64,000 nucleotides of DNA from Emiliania huxleyi CCMP1516 (Eukaryota). Shown here piece after piece: positions 32,973 through 44,063 of this stretch. Location: the NCBI RefSeq assembly GCF_000372725.1, contig NW_005201327.1, positions 302,745 through 366,744 on the forward strand, in the 5' to 3' direction. Position 1 is the first letter of the stretch; each line of letters begins with the position of its first letter. Both the position numbers and the translations under genes were made by a program. The notes under the pieces are model-generated. The model had not been told where the DNA came from. It made no database searches and worked only from the letters and a program-made list of their open reading frames with translations.

Positions 32973-33540
32973 TGCTCTCCCACCCGCCGGGCCGCAAAAC
33001 GCTCTCGACGAGAGCCACAAGAAGGCGTCCGCACAGCAAGCCGCTCCTCGGAGAGGCGAGCTCGCTCGATGTCGGCGAGCGCATTGCGCACGCTTTGGAC
33101 GGTGGCGAAGCCAAAAACACAGATGGTGGCCGTCCGCTGGCGACACTGCGACTTCGTCACTCTCGCGCGAGGGAGTGACGTCAGCGGACAGCGCGCTCCA
33201 TAAGCAATTAAATCGGTGGCCGTTGCCTCTATGTATCGTATGAGGTATGTGTGCGCGCTCAATGATATCAGCGCCTCATCAGCGCCTTCGACCACCAAGA
33301 CAGCCTGCCAACAGCGCGACCCTACGCGCAGCCGCGAGAGGCGCGAGCGGTGCGACATACTATACGTCATTGGCCATGACTATCTAGATAGGGTGAACAA
33401 AAGATAGGAAGAATTAAATCAGATAAGAAAAAGCAGGGGAAAGTGGAAAGTGATTAATGAGCGAGGCGCAGCCAAAGTTGGAGGCCTGAGCGGGGTAGGG
33501 GCCCCGCCAGAGCCGGAAATAGGCGGAGCGAGCGCCAACG

Positions 33541-33583
33541 GCACTTGGAGCACTTGGAGTGCGATTATTAACCGCACATCCAG
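33541..33583 (-). mobile_element. Family A tail remnant
   Basis: GCACTTGGAGCACTTGGAGTGCGATTATTAACCGCACATCCAGG. Confidence 0.7.
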
Positions 33584-33627
33584 GTGTTTTATTGCTCTCC
33601 ACCTACTCAAAGCAGATCTCGGAGCTG

Positions 33628-34909
33628 ATGCCCTCGGAGGCGGCATCAGCGAGCCTCGGAGGCTTCGAGCAGCTCGTCGACGAGCCCGAGGTTGGCGAGC
33701 CGCCCGCTGCGGCGGACAACGCCCTCGCAGAGGAGTCAGACTCTGACTTTGAGCAGAGGGGCGGCTTTTTCTGCCGCACATTCGTTGACGCTGAAACCGA
33801 GCGGCGCTTCGACGCCCACCAATTCCGGCAGGCCCTTGTCCTGCAGCTACTGCAGGGCGCCATCATTCAGTTTGGTCCGACTGTTTGCTTTGCAGGCCTC
33901 CATTTCTTTCGGCCGTCCGCACACCATGCTGCGACATTTGAGGCGGAATGGCGCGAGCGTGGCGGCTGGGGAGCTCTCGCACTCGACTCGTCGTTTTTCG
34001 GCATCCGCCTCGCGGTGCACGCTATGCGTGACCACCAACTCGCGCAGCGAATCTGTTCGTCGATTTGGTGCATCTGCTTTCCTTTGCGAGTCCTTTACGC
34101 CACCTTCATCGAGAGGGCTTCCTCAACTGCGCAGCACACCGGAGGATCGACGCTCGTGAGTGAGGAGTCCGGAGTCATCGAGGTGTGGCTGGTGGTCTTT
34201 GCACAGTACTTCTGCATCGGCATCGTGCACGGCTCGCTCGGCACCCCGCCCCTTTACCGGTGGCCGGTCGCACTTCTCCTTGCCCTGCTCCTCTGGTATG
34301 ACACGGGGTTTGAAGCCTCGTGGGGCCAGGCGCAGGAGACGCGCGCTTGGCTAGCGGCCGCGATGGTCGCCGCCTGCATTCTGATGCAGGCTCTCGAGAT
34401 CAAGCAACGCGACGACTTTGGGCTCGAGGTGTGTGTGCGACATCTCGGCGCTCTCGGCTCCGGCTCAACCCAGTCCCGGCTCCGCCTCTCGGCATTTATC
34501 TCGGCTCTGTATCTCTGTTCTGCCCGTCTCGGCTCGAGCTCGAGCTCGGCTCGGCCTCGCGCGTGCCGGCTCACGGGACGCCTTTTTTGCGCCCGAGGCT
34601 GCGATGCGCCGTCGCATCGAGCAACTAAGCTGTGAGAAGGAGCGCATGGCGTGGGACTACCTACGGCTTCGGCAACTGGCGCCGTCGGCGAATGGGGGAG
34701 CTACCGCACCAAGTGGTGCGGGGGCGGGGGCGCCAGCTGCGCGCACCATCACTCTGGGACAGATGCCGGGGGGGGCGGAGACAGATGCGTCGTGCTCAGA
34801 GGGGCGCCCCTTAGGGGCCCTCTGGCCATCCGCACCATCCGGCGCGAGCAGCAGCAACTACACGAACAAGATCGGCGGCGATTGCGCCAGCTCGACCGGA
34901 ACCCCCTGA
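33628..34909 (+). CDS. Multi-pass membrane protein with coiled-coil tail; 2 exons
   Basis: Several TM segments, a donor near 34429, and a second exon RRRIEQLSCEKERMAWDY. Confidence 0.7.
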
Positions 34910-35225
34910 GTACGAGCGTCGGGTTAGTGCCAGTGATGGCCCTAGGGAAGATAGAGGAGTGCGCTGTACCCTGAGGGCGCCGTACGTACATTGTAGATCC
35001 TGTTAGAGATCCTGTGGCATGGCCATGACGCATGAGACTGTCCCGCTCGCCATATGACTAGTTGCAAATACGGGTGCTGTGAACATGACCACTTTTGATT
35101 TTTGTTGTCCGTGTTGCTCCCAGCGCCCCCCCCCGCGCTCCCTGAGGCCATGGCTGGTGCTACTAGTATGGGGGGCTACCACGACGACACACACCAGTCG
35201 ACTCGCATCGGTTGCCTCCATGAAC

Positions 35226-36342
35226 ATAAATAAATAAATACAACGGACATCCCAAGCTAGGGCTGGGTCGAGGACAGACACGTCCCCACCTTTGCAGGAT
35301 TTTGCAAAAGCGAGGGGCGAGGGCGCATCGCCGCGCGGAGAGGGCTGGGCACAGGGCACAGGGGATCTCTCTCGCATAGGATATGCACTCGGCGGCACGA
35401 GGGCAAGGCTGGGCGTCCTATGTTTGTGCTCCCCCCCGGACCCCTCGCTCTCGGGCACTAACCATCTGACCACTCATCGACGGGGCTTGGCGAGCGGCCG
35501 CGCTGCGGGGCAGGGCTGGTGAGAATGGGCTCTGGCCACTCGCCCGTGCGGTTGTAACCCCGCATCTGTCGGACAGAGGCCTCGACCGCCCCTCGCGGCA
35601 AGCTCTCGAGCATCTCGAGCAGCTCGCCCGCCGCCATCGCCGCCTCAAACTGCTCCCTCATGCCGAGCGCGCCGCATACCCTGCGGACCGCCTCCTGCTG
35701 CACCTCGTCCGGCGTATCGGTTTCATAGCCGGACGAGTCAGCGGAGGCGGCCCGCTTGGCGGGCGGAGAGTCGGGCGACGGCGAGCGCGACTGGCGCGAG
35801 GGCCCGCTGCCGCGCGCGGACAGCGCGTTCTTGTCAACGAGACGGGGTCCAGCATCGGCACGGCCCCTGGCACCGCGGCCCTTGCCGCGCTGCTGCTGCC
35901 CACGCTTCCTGCCCGGGTTAGGGACAGTGAAGGAGCAGCCGCGCACTCCGCCGCCGCTGGGCGGCGGCGGCACGCGCGCGGCGGCGGCCGGGCCCGCAGG
36001 CGCGGCGGGCTGGCCACCCGCGGTGGCACCCTGCGGCTGCGATGCGGCTGCGGCGGCGTACGTCTTGGGCGCCGGCTCCGCGGCTGGCGGCGCGGCGGCA
36101 GGGGCGGGCGGCGCCGCAGGGCTCGCGCTCGCAGGCGGCTCCGTGGCCTGCGCCTGCCGCTCCTGGCGCACAGCGCGCTCGAGCTGCGAGTGCGGGTGCA
36201 GCTGTACGATGACGTCGCCGCTCTGCGTCGCGGTGAAGGAGACCGAGTACGGCGCTTCGCCGTCGTTCTTCTTCTCCGCGTAGACGAGCGCGTAGTCGCA
36301 CACCTGAACGCCATGCGTCAGGCGCTGTTTGAATTGCCTGTC
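35226..36342 (-). mobile_element. Family B-related retroelement with ORF and (ATTT)n tail, inserted into a family G motif; 5-bp TSD
   Basis: TGAAC at 35221-35225 and 36343-36347. The joined flanks reproduce the intact motif at 56680-56740. Confidence 0.85.
35458..36303 (-). CDS. 5'-truncated low-complexity ORF inside the retroelement (ORF1-like?)
   Basis: 281 codons open, with KTYAAAAAS and basic RG/RS-rich tracts; no RT motifs. Confidence 0.5.
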   Translation of the reverse strand: MCDYALVYAEKKNDGEAPYSVSFTATQSGDVIVQLHPHSQLERAVRQERQAQATEPPASASPAAPPAPAAAPPAAEPAPKTYAAAAASQPQGATAGGQPAAPAGPAAAARVPPPPSGGGVRGCSFTVPNPGRKRGQQQRGKGRGARGRADAGPRLVDKNALSARGSGPSRQSRSPSPDSPPAKRAASADSSGYETDTPDEVQQEAVRRVCGALGMREQFEAAMAAGELLEMLESLPRGAVEASVRQMRGYNRTGEWPEPILTSPAPQRGRSPSPVDEWSDG

Positions 36343-36443
36343 TGAACGGCGGAGCTATTCACAGGGACATTTTTCTTTTTTTCGTCTCCGCTCGCTTCGC
36401 CGTTTGGTGGTTGCTCTGCCTGAGAGAGATGTGTACCCGGCTG

Positions 36444-39094
36444 ATGCGCGGCTTCGTCGTCGACGGTGCCTCTGGCTCCGTCATGGACGTGCCCGTGCCG
36501 GAGCCCGCCGAAGGCGAGGCTCTGGTGCGTGTGCTCGTCGCCGCGGTCTGCGCGACCGATATCGAGATCATGAAGGGATACATGGGCTTCAAAGGCCTCG
36601 CCCGCCATCGCCGTCGCCGCCGACATCAGCGCAGCGTTCACGCCTCGCCTCCTCCGCCCGCCGTCAGGCATCGTTGGCCACGAGTTTGTCGGCGTCGTCG
36701 AGACGGCGCCCGCCTCGCACGCCCACCTCGTCGGCAAGCGCGTCGTCGGCGACATCAACCTCTGCTGCTGGGACGCGGCGTCGTGCGGCACGTGCGCCGT
36801 CGGCGGCGCGCGGGCGCGCAACCACTGCCCCAAGAGGACCGTGCTTGGCATCCTCAACAAGGACGGGACCTACTGCGAGCGGCTCACCCTCCCCGTCGTC
36901 AACCTTCACGCCGTGCCGGACGGCGTCTCGACGGAGAACGCGGCGTTCGCCGAGCCGCTCGCCGCCGCCTTTCGCATCGCGGAGCAGCGGGTCGTCTCGC
37001 CAAAGGACCGCGTGGCAATCATCGGCGACGGCAAGCTCGGGCTGTTGATCGCCGAGGTGCCAGATATGGGGAGATTGGGGAGATACGGGGAGGTATGCGG
37101 AGGTATGCGGAGGTATGCGGAGGTATGGGGGAGGTGTGGGGAGATCTGAGGTGGTGCTCGGCCGGCACGTGGCGAGCCTCGCCTCTCAATTCGTTCCTTC
37201 ATTCGTTCATCAATCAACCCATTGTCAGGTGCATGCACATGCACATGTGCATGTGCATGCACATGTGCATGTGCTCGGCCGGCACAGCGGCTCATTCGTT
37301 CCTCAATCCATTGTCAGGTGCTCGGCCGGCACGCGGCGAGCCTCGGCGAGGGCACGCCGAGGCCGGTTCTCTTCGGCAGGCGAGCTTGCGGCGAGATTGC
37401 GGCGAGATTGCGGCGAGATTGTGGCGAGATTGTGGCGAGGCAGGCCAGATGCGTCCCAGATTGCAAGCGAGGTCGACACGCGAGAAGGGTACCGCGCGTG
37501 GGAGCGCCCGCTGGGCCCTGGGCCGCCCCTCGCCTTCATTTCGGCTATCTCATCGCTGTCTCTCGGCTGTCTCCCCGCAGGCACGCGGCCAAAATGGGGC
37601 TGCTGTCGTCTGCGGCGCAGGTCGAGGCCGCCTTCCCCTACCCCCACGGTACCCGAACCCACCCCGCCTACCCCACAACCCACCCACCACTACCCCACTA
37701 CGGTACCCGAACCCACCCTCCCCTACCCCACGTTACCAGAACACACCCTCCTCTACCCCACGGTACCCGAACCCACCGGCCGTGGCGCAGGTCGAGACTG
37801 CCTTCGCCGCATCGGCGCTGCCAGCTCGCGCTGCGAGCTTCGACGTCGTCGTCGACGCGACAGGCGCTCGTCCCCCCTATCCCCACGGTACCCGAACCCA
37901 CCCTCCCCTACCCCACGATACCCGAACCCACCCTCCCCTACCCCACGGTACCCGAACCCACCGTCGTTGTCGACGCTACCAGCGCTTGTCTCGAGCCGCA
38001 GTGATCATAGCGGCCACTCTCCGACCTAGCCTCTGCGTCTCTCGCCACCGCCGGGGGGGGGGGGGGGGTGGGTGCCCGCCCCGCTGTGGCGTGCAGGTTT
38101 GGCGCGGGGTGAGAGCAGCGGTGAGATGCGTAGGCCCGCCCACCGGCCTCGACCTGCTGGTGAACCGGGAGCCCTCTCTGAGCCTTCTGCAAATGAAGCA
38201 ATGAGTAGGCTCGCCCACCGGCCTCGACCTGCTGGTGAACCGGGAGCCCTCTCTGAGCCTTCTGCAAATGAAGCAATGCGTAGGCTCGCCCACCGGCCTC
38301 GACCTGGCGCGCTCGCTCTGCCGGCCGCTCGGCGCAGTCGTACTCAAGTCGACGTGTGCCGCAGGAGCCGACTTCAACATCTCGGCCACATCTCGGCTAC
38401 ACTTCGGCAATATCTCGGCGACATCTCGGCCACATCTCGGCCCCATCTCGGCCACATCTCGACTCCTTCTCCGCAGGAGCCGACTTCAACACGGCGCCCT
38501 TCGTGGTGGACGAGCCGGTGGTTTCGGCGCTGTGAGGTGGGAGCGGCGTCTCTTCACAGCGTGCAGCCGTGAACAGGTCGACGAGCTGCGCGTGGTCGGC
38601 TCGCGCTGCGGCCCCTTCCCGCCCGCGCTCGAGCTGATGGCTGCAGGCGTCGACCCTCACGCCCCTCACCCTCGGCTAACCTCGGCTGACCTCGGCTGCA
38701 TCTCGGCTGTATCTCGGCTGCATCTCGGCGGTCTCTCGGCTGACCTCGGGGCTGACCTGGGCTGCATCTCGGCTGTATCTCGGCTGCATCTCGGCGGTCT
38801 CTCGGCTAACCTCGGGGCTGACCTGGGCTGCATCTCGGCTGTATCTCGGCTGCATCTCGGCGGTCTCTCGGCTGACCTCGGGTCTGACCTCGGCTGCATC
38901 TCGGCTGGTATCTCGGCTGCATCTCGGCGGTCTCTCGGCGTGTAGGCCTCGACCTCACGCCCCTCATCTCGGCCACCTACCCGCTCGAGGAGGCGATGGC
39001 CGCCGTCGAGAAGGCGCGCACCAAGGGGACGCTCAAGGTGCAGATCCGAGTCTGCAGCGACGAGGCTGCTCCCGAGCTCGACACGTCCTCGTAG
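36444..39094 (+). CDS. Zinc-binding alcohol dehydrogenase (MDR family); many repeat-filled introns
   Basis: AAVCATD, GHEFVG, CGTC..RNHC, FAEPLAAA, IIGDGKLGL, FDVVVDATG, VVLKSTC, VVGSRCGPF. Confidence 0.92.
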
Positions 39095-39232
39095 ATCAGA
39101 GAAGGTAAGTAGACAGTGCAGACCGCACGACGATTACCGTCACGGGTCTCTGTTGCACCCGGATGTCTGCACAATCATACCGTACCGGAAATCGGGTCTG
39201 TCCATGGCGTTTCGCGTTCGGACCGTTGTCTA

Positions 39233-39314
39233 AATAAATAAATAAAACGGACACCTCTACTAGGAGATGGGTAAAAAGGAACAGGTCCCCGGCCGCCCTG
39301 CGGTCTTTGTGCAG
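39233..39314 (-). mobile_element. Family B, heavily 5'-truncated, 13-bp TSD
   Basis: GGACCGTTGTCTA at 39220-39232 and 39315-39327; (TAAA)n on the + strand. Confidence 0.9.
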
Positions 39315-39345
39315 GGACCGTTGTCTAGAGAGTTGCGGCACGTGT

Positions 39346-42138
39346 TTATGTATGTAAAAGAGGAATGCAGAAGATTGGACAGTGGAGGGACGCGGCCAGA
39401 AAGAGGGCGGGCGCCGAGTTAGTTTCGAAAGCCGGCGCTTTCGCGGCCGCGTTCGAAGGGGCTTTGTCGCGGAATTTGTGCAAAATGGACAAAATTTGCG
39501 CGCGAAAGCCGAGTTGGCACCGCAGGCGGCGTGTGTGCACGAGGGCGGCGGCGTCGAGCGCCGAGCAGCACACCACGAGCGCGAGCGACAGCGCCGACAA
39601 CGGGAGGCGGCGGGCGGCTCGACCGAGCCGGCGGCGGAGGAGGCGACGGACGTCGAGGCGGTGAGCGCCGCGGACGTCCTGGCCGGCGTGGAGGAGAGCG
39701 GCCCGAACTACGCCCTTCCGACGGCGAGGGACGGCCGGAGGGAGCGGCGGGAGCGGCTGCGGGTGGACGAGACGGCGAAGCAGGCGGGGCACACCATCGT
39801 GGAGACGGGAACGCACGTCGAGATCCTGGGTGAGCAATTTGCCGCCGCCGCCGATTGGCGGTCGCTGGCTGCTACCCTGCGCCAGCCGCGCGGTGATCCG
39901 CACTTCTGCCCAGTCCGTGTCGCACGCCGCGCCTGCCTCGTCGAATGACGGCGGCTCTACGCGTGCCGTGCGCACGTAGTCATATCGCTGCTGATCCCAC
40001 TGCTTCAGCAGCCCCAGCACGTATTTGCGCCGCTCCTCGACTGGGATCCTCCCTGTCGCTGCCGCCACTCCGATCTCGTTCACGAGGCCGCTAAGGAGCG
40101 TGCTCTCCGGTAGGCGCATGAACCTGTTGACTGCGGCGAAGACGTCACGGATGTACCCGACTGAGGTCGTGAGTCGCCCCTCGTCCGTAGCGTCTGGGTA
40201 GACCTCTCGTGCCATGTCTTCGAACGCGGCGAGCGCCAGCGGGCCCCCATTGACGGCTTTAAGCACCTTCATCCTCGTCCCGCGGTTGAAGCTGAATCCC
40301 GGTCGTCGCGACGCTGTCTCGGCGCTGGTGAGCGTCGCCTCGATGACTCCGCGCAGCTTCTCCCACGCCGCCGTAACGTCCTTGCTCGTCTGTCCATCTA
40401 CGCTACTCTGGTGTGCTGCTAGCCGGCCCTCACCTGTCGAAAGCAGGACTCGCCGCAGGTCGTCGACGACGAGGGTGTCGAGGAGGCCGTCTCCGTCCGC
40501 CAGTGCCCCGCGGTGGTTGGCGCGGCTGACTCTCTCGAGCGGCTTGTAGTGTAGCTGCGCCGTCCCGTCGCCTCCCCCCGTGCCCGCGCTGATTGAAATC
40601 TTGCGCGCTCCGCCATGTCCTCGCGACCGCGATCGCGACCGCGAGTTCGACCGCTCGCGGTCGTAGCTGCGCCTCCGCCCCGATCGCGAGCGCGAGCGCG
40701 AGCGGCGGCGGCTCCGGCTCGAGTGCCGGCGATGTTGGTCGCGATCCCCCCCCCTGTCTCTCCTCCTGTCTGAGTCAGCGGCGGTGGCGGAGAAGATGTC
40801 GCGGATGCTCTCGACGTCGTCGTCGTCGCGTGCCGCGTCCGGTGTCCGGATGCGGTGCTCCTCCATCCAGGCGTGCACTCGCCGCCCGACGCGCTCCGTC
40901 GCCTCGGCCGACCACTCCTGGTTCGACCGTGGATAGTCGTCTTCGTGAATGCCCATCTCTTTGGCCACTCTCGCCGGGAGGAGGAGGCGCGTGTTCTCCG
41001 CCAGCGGAGTGCCCGCTGGGCAGAGCGTCTTGAGGAGGCGCGTGCCGTAGTCCGCGCGCCGGTAGACGCCCCTGTCGTCTGCCGGCCTCGCCAGCCGCGG
41101 CTCGCTCTCGGTGCTTTGCGATCCGTCCCAATCGTCACCGTCGTCAGCCTCTCGGCGCTGCCTCGAGCGAGAGCGCTCCACCCCCTCGCGGCGGCCGCCG
41201 TAGTGCCGTCCGCGGTCGCGGCCCCGGCCGCCGCGGTCGTCCTCCTCGCCTTCTCCGTCGAGGCGGACTTGCATCGGGGCGATGGTGTAGATCTGTCGCA
41301 GCGCCGTCTTCATCCAGTCCTCCTTGCTCGTGTCGACCATCTTGTGCGTGACCGCTTGGTCCAGGAGGTCGAGGTTCGCGTCCGCCGACGCCGGGAACTG
41401 CCCCTCGGCCGCCTCGAAGATCTGGGCGTACCGCTTCGTGATCGGCAGGTCTCCCGCCAGGCCTGCGGCGCGGCAGACCGCCGTCACCTCGTCGTTGGTG
41501 CCGTTTGCCTGCCCTGCGTCCTCTGGTGCCGCCGCCTTGCCTTGGATGCGGACGAGCGCCGCGAGCCGCGGGGCGTCGGACAGGTCGGCCTGCCGCTCCC
41601 CTTCGACCGGCTCGCCCTCGGCCGCCGGCCAGCGGTACTGCTTGAGGAAGGCGGAGAGCTCAAACTCCTGTGTGACACCTGCCAGCGTCGTCCCTGCCAT
41701 CGTAATCGTGGCCGAGACCTTGACCTCGCCCTCATCGCCGGAGGCGACGAGCCCGAGGGCGGCGGCGCGGAGGCCGTTCGCCGGTCCCTGCACCGCGGAG
41801 CGGGGGCGGCTGAAGCCGAGCACCATCCCCTTGAGCGAGTCAGCCAGCTCGTCTGCCTTGATATGCTTGGTGTTGCCTGAAATCTTGACAATGTACTTCT
41901 TCGGCGTGCTCATGTCGCTGCGCTTGATCTGCTTACCGAGAATGCCGAATGCCACGGCACCTGTCCCGGGAAAGCCCTGTAGGTAGCAGAGGGCGCCCTC
42001 ATACTTGGCGTCGGTCTTCGTCTTGTCGTCGTCGTCCTTGATCCACGTCTTGACTGCCTCTAGCGCGCCGTCTCCAACGGCGTCGCCGCACTCCGCGAGT
42101 GCGGCCGTCACTTGCTGCTGGTAATCGGTCAATGCCAT
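39346..42138 (-). CDS. Long intronless ORF of unknown function with RS/RD-rich tracts; possibly Gag-like; true homology probably ends near 39840
   Basis: 930 open codons. No RT, integrase or recombinase motif seen. The last ~165 codons look like antisense read-through. Confidence 0.65.
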   Translation of the reverse strand: MALTDYQQQVTAALAECGDAVGDGALEAVKTWIKDDDDKTKTDAKYEGALCYLQGFPGTGAVAFGILGKQIKRSDMSTPKKYIVKISGNTKHIKADELADSLKGMVLGFSRPRSAVQGPANGLRAAALGLVASGDEGEVKVSATITMAGTTLAGVTQEFELSAFLKQYRWPAAEGEPVEGERQADLSDAPRLAALVRIQGKAAAPEDAGQANGTNDEVTAVCRAAGLAGDLPITKRYAQIFEAAEGQFPASADANLDLLDQAVTHKMVDTSKEDWMKTALRQIYTIAPMQVRLDGEGEEDDRGGRGRDRGRHYGGRREGVERSRSRQRREADDGDDWDGSQSTESEPRLARPADDRGVYRRADYGTRLLKTLCPAGTPLAENTRLLLPARVAKEMGIHEDDYPRSNQEWSAEATERVGRRVHAWMEEHRIRTPDAARDDDDVESIRDIFSATAADSDRRRDRGGDRDQHRRHSSRSRRRSRSRSRSGRRRSYDRERSNSRSRSRSRGHGGARKISISAGTGGGDGTAQLHYKPLERVSRANHRGALADGDGLLDTLVVDDLRRVLLSTGEGRLAAHQSSVDGQTSKDVTAAWEKLRGVIEATLTSAETASRRPGFSFNRGTRMKVLKAVNGGPLALAAFEDMAREVYPDATDEGRLTTSVGYIRDVFAAVNRFMRLPESTLLSGLVNEIGVAAATGRIPVEERRKYVLGLLKQWDQQRYDYVRTARVEPPSFDEAGAACDTDWAEVRITARLAQGSSQRPPIGGGGKLLTQDLDVRSRLHDGVPRLLRRLVHPQPLPPLPPAVPRRRKGVVRAALLHAGQDVRGAHRLDVRRLLRRRLGRAARRLPLSALSLALVVCCSALDAAALVHTRRLRCQLGFRAQILSILHKFRDKAPSNAAAKAPAFETNSAPALFLAASLHCPIFCIPLLHT
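39600..39835 (+). pseudogene. Coding-like fragment of unknown family
   Basis: EEATDVEAVSAADVLAGVEESGPNYALPT..VDETAKQAGHTIVETGTHVEILG with strong GC3; abuts the long minus-strand ORF. Confidence 0.4.
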
Positions 42139-42449
42139 CGGTTTTTTCTCGTTGTCTGGTGGCTTGGAGCCTGACGGTGAAGCCTCACTGAGAAGGCGCG
42201 TGGTAGCTTGCTTTCGGTGGTTCCGACCCTTCGACTGTGAAACCGCCTCTCGCGCTGTGGGCGCGTTTCTTCTCCTCTCGGCTAGTCACTCGCGCTGGTT
42301 CACTCCCGGGAAAGGATCCCTAGCCAAAAAGACCTATATCTTACCCGGCCTGCGCGAAACCGAAGTGCGTCGCGAAGCGCGGCGTGCACCCGGGTGCACC
42401 CCCCCTCCACTGCGGAGAGGCCGCAAGCAAGCGTCACCATCCGTAAGGC

Positions 42450-44063
42450 ATGCTAGCTCTCCTTGCGCAGGGTCTTGCGCTGCACCCCTCGGAGCGCGAG
42501 CTCACCTTTGCGAGCGCTCACCAGCACGATAGCAGCCTCCTCGGCGGCGCTAGCGACAATGTCGCGCTCCCCCGAGATGCAGCCGGTCAGCCGGCATGGA
42601 TGGCCCCGGTCCTCATTGATGGGCCGTCCCAGCCGCAGCAGCCGTCGCAAATGCTCGCACTCGGTGCCGACGGGCAGCTCGAGATGCAGGGCCGACCAAT
42701 TCATCTCAATGGCGTCAACAGCGCATGGGTCACGACGGAAACCTACGGCAGCGACTTTAACACCAGCGCGGCGACGGGGTTTGCTGCGAACAGCTTCTGC
42801 GAGTTCAGGCAGCAGGTGGAGACGCTTAGGCTGCATGGGGGCAACTCCATTCGGCTTTGGATGTTTGAGGACGCCGGCATGGAGGAGTGGCGCGCGCCGT
42901 TCTTGCTGAACGCGTCCGGTCACATCACCGGCCTTGCCGACGGCGTAGTCGACGCCTTCAAGCGGTACCTGGACATCGCTCGAAATCATAGCGTGCTGGT
43001 CATCCCCGTCATGTGGAGCGCCGCGCTCGTGCGCACAGCTCTCTGCTGCTCCGTCCTTGGCGACGAGACTGCGCTGCAGGCCTTCATCGAGAACGCACTT
43101 CGTCCGCTGGTGAGCGCTACACGGTCCGACCCGGTCATCGCGATGTGGGAGATCGTCAACGAGATCGAGGGCGTCCTCAACATGTCGACCTCCTCTCCAG
43201 CGGGAGGCGGTTGCTCGGACCTCTCCGCCGTCGCCAGGTGTGCCGGCCCAAACAACCAACCCGGTTGGAATCTTGAACAGGGCGGGACGTGCCTCTTCCC
43301 AGTCGCCTCGCTCCAGCGCTTCATAAATCGGCAAATCGCGGCAGTCAAGCTGGAGTCACCCCAGCATCTCGTCACGAGCAGCTCGTGGAGTCAGTGCGCT
43401 ATGACGAGCGAATTCGGCGGGGCACGTGTTTGGGCAGACAAGTGCCTCCAGGACGCAGGCGGGCAGCAGACGGGCACGATCGACGTGTGGCAGGTTCATG
43501 ATTATCCCAAGGAAGACAACGGTGCCGCCTTTGGCACGGGTTCTCCCGTGACGACGACGGCTTCTCAGTACAACCTCGGTTCGAGACCGATTCTCGTCGG
43601 TGAGATCTCAAATCGTTGGACTTACTACACACCAAACAGCAGCGCGACCTACCCTCCCGTCCCGACGTTCAACCAGTCAATGAGCAACGTGACCAAGCAC
43701 GTCCTCAACAACGGGTTCGCCGGCTCTCTCTCATGGGCGTTCACATGCCTCGTGGGATACGGCCACGACACGGCGTGCCTCGGGCGGGCGGACTTAAGCG
43801 ACGGGCTCAGCGGGTGGCCGCGGGGGTCGTTCGCACCTTTGAAGCTGCAAGCCCCGACGAACTACGACCTCAGCGGCTCGGTCACGTGCCCGGCTGAATG
43901 CGGCACCGAGCCTGTCGACCTTGCACCATCTCCGGACTACACTTGCCCGGAGCGAGCGGCCTGGGGAGAGTGCACACAGGACTGGATGCGGGGGTATTGC
44001 TCGTTCTCGTGCTACCAGTGCGACCCGAACTGCGGCACGGACACCCCTTGCCTTCTCACGTGA
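42450..44063 (+). CDS. Glycoside hydrolase family 5, beta-mannanase-like, with C-terminal Cys/Trp module (intronless)
   Basis: NGVNSAW, GGNSIRLW, WEIVNEIE (acid/base), QVHDYP, PILVGE (nucleophile), SLSW; tail YTCPERAAWGECTQDWMRGYCSFSCYQC. Confidence 0.88.
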   Translation: MLALLAQGLALHPSERELTFASAHQHDSSLLGGASDNVALPRDAAGQPAWMAPVLIDGPSQPQQPSQMLALGADGQLEMQGRPIHLNGVNSAWVTTETYGSDFNTSAATGFAANSFCEFRQQVETLRLHGGNSIRLWMFEDAGMEEWRAPFLLNASGHITGLADGVVDAFKRYLDIARNHSVLVIPVMWSAALVRTALCCSVLGDETALQAFIENALRPLVSATRSDPVIAMWEIVNEIEGVLNMSTSSPAGGGCSDLSAVARCAGPNNQPGWNLEQGGTCLFPVASLQRFINRQIAAVKLESPQHLVTSSSWSQCAMTSEFGGARVWADKCLQDAGGQQTGTIDVWQVHDYPKEDNGAAFGTGSPVTTTASQYNLGSRPILVGEISNRWTYYTPNSSATYPPVPTFNQSMSNVTKHVLNNGFAGSLSWAFTCLVGYGHDTACLGRADLSDGLSGWPRGSFAPLKLQAPTNYDLSGSVTCPAECGTEPVDLAPSPDYTCPERAAWGECTQDWMRGYCSFSCYQCDPNCGTDTPCLLT

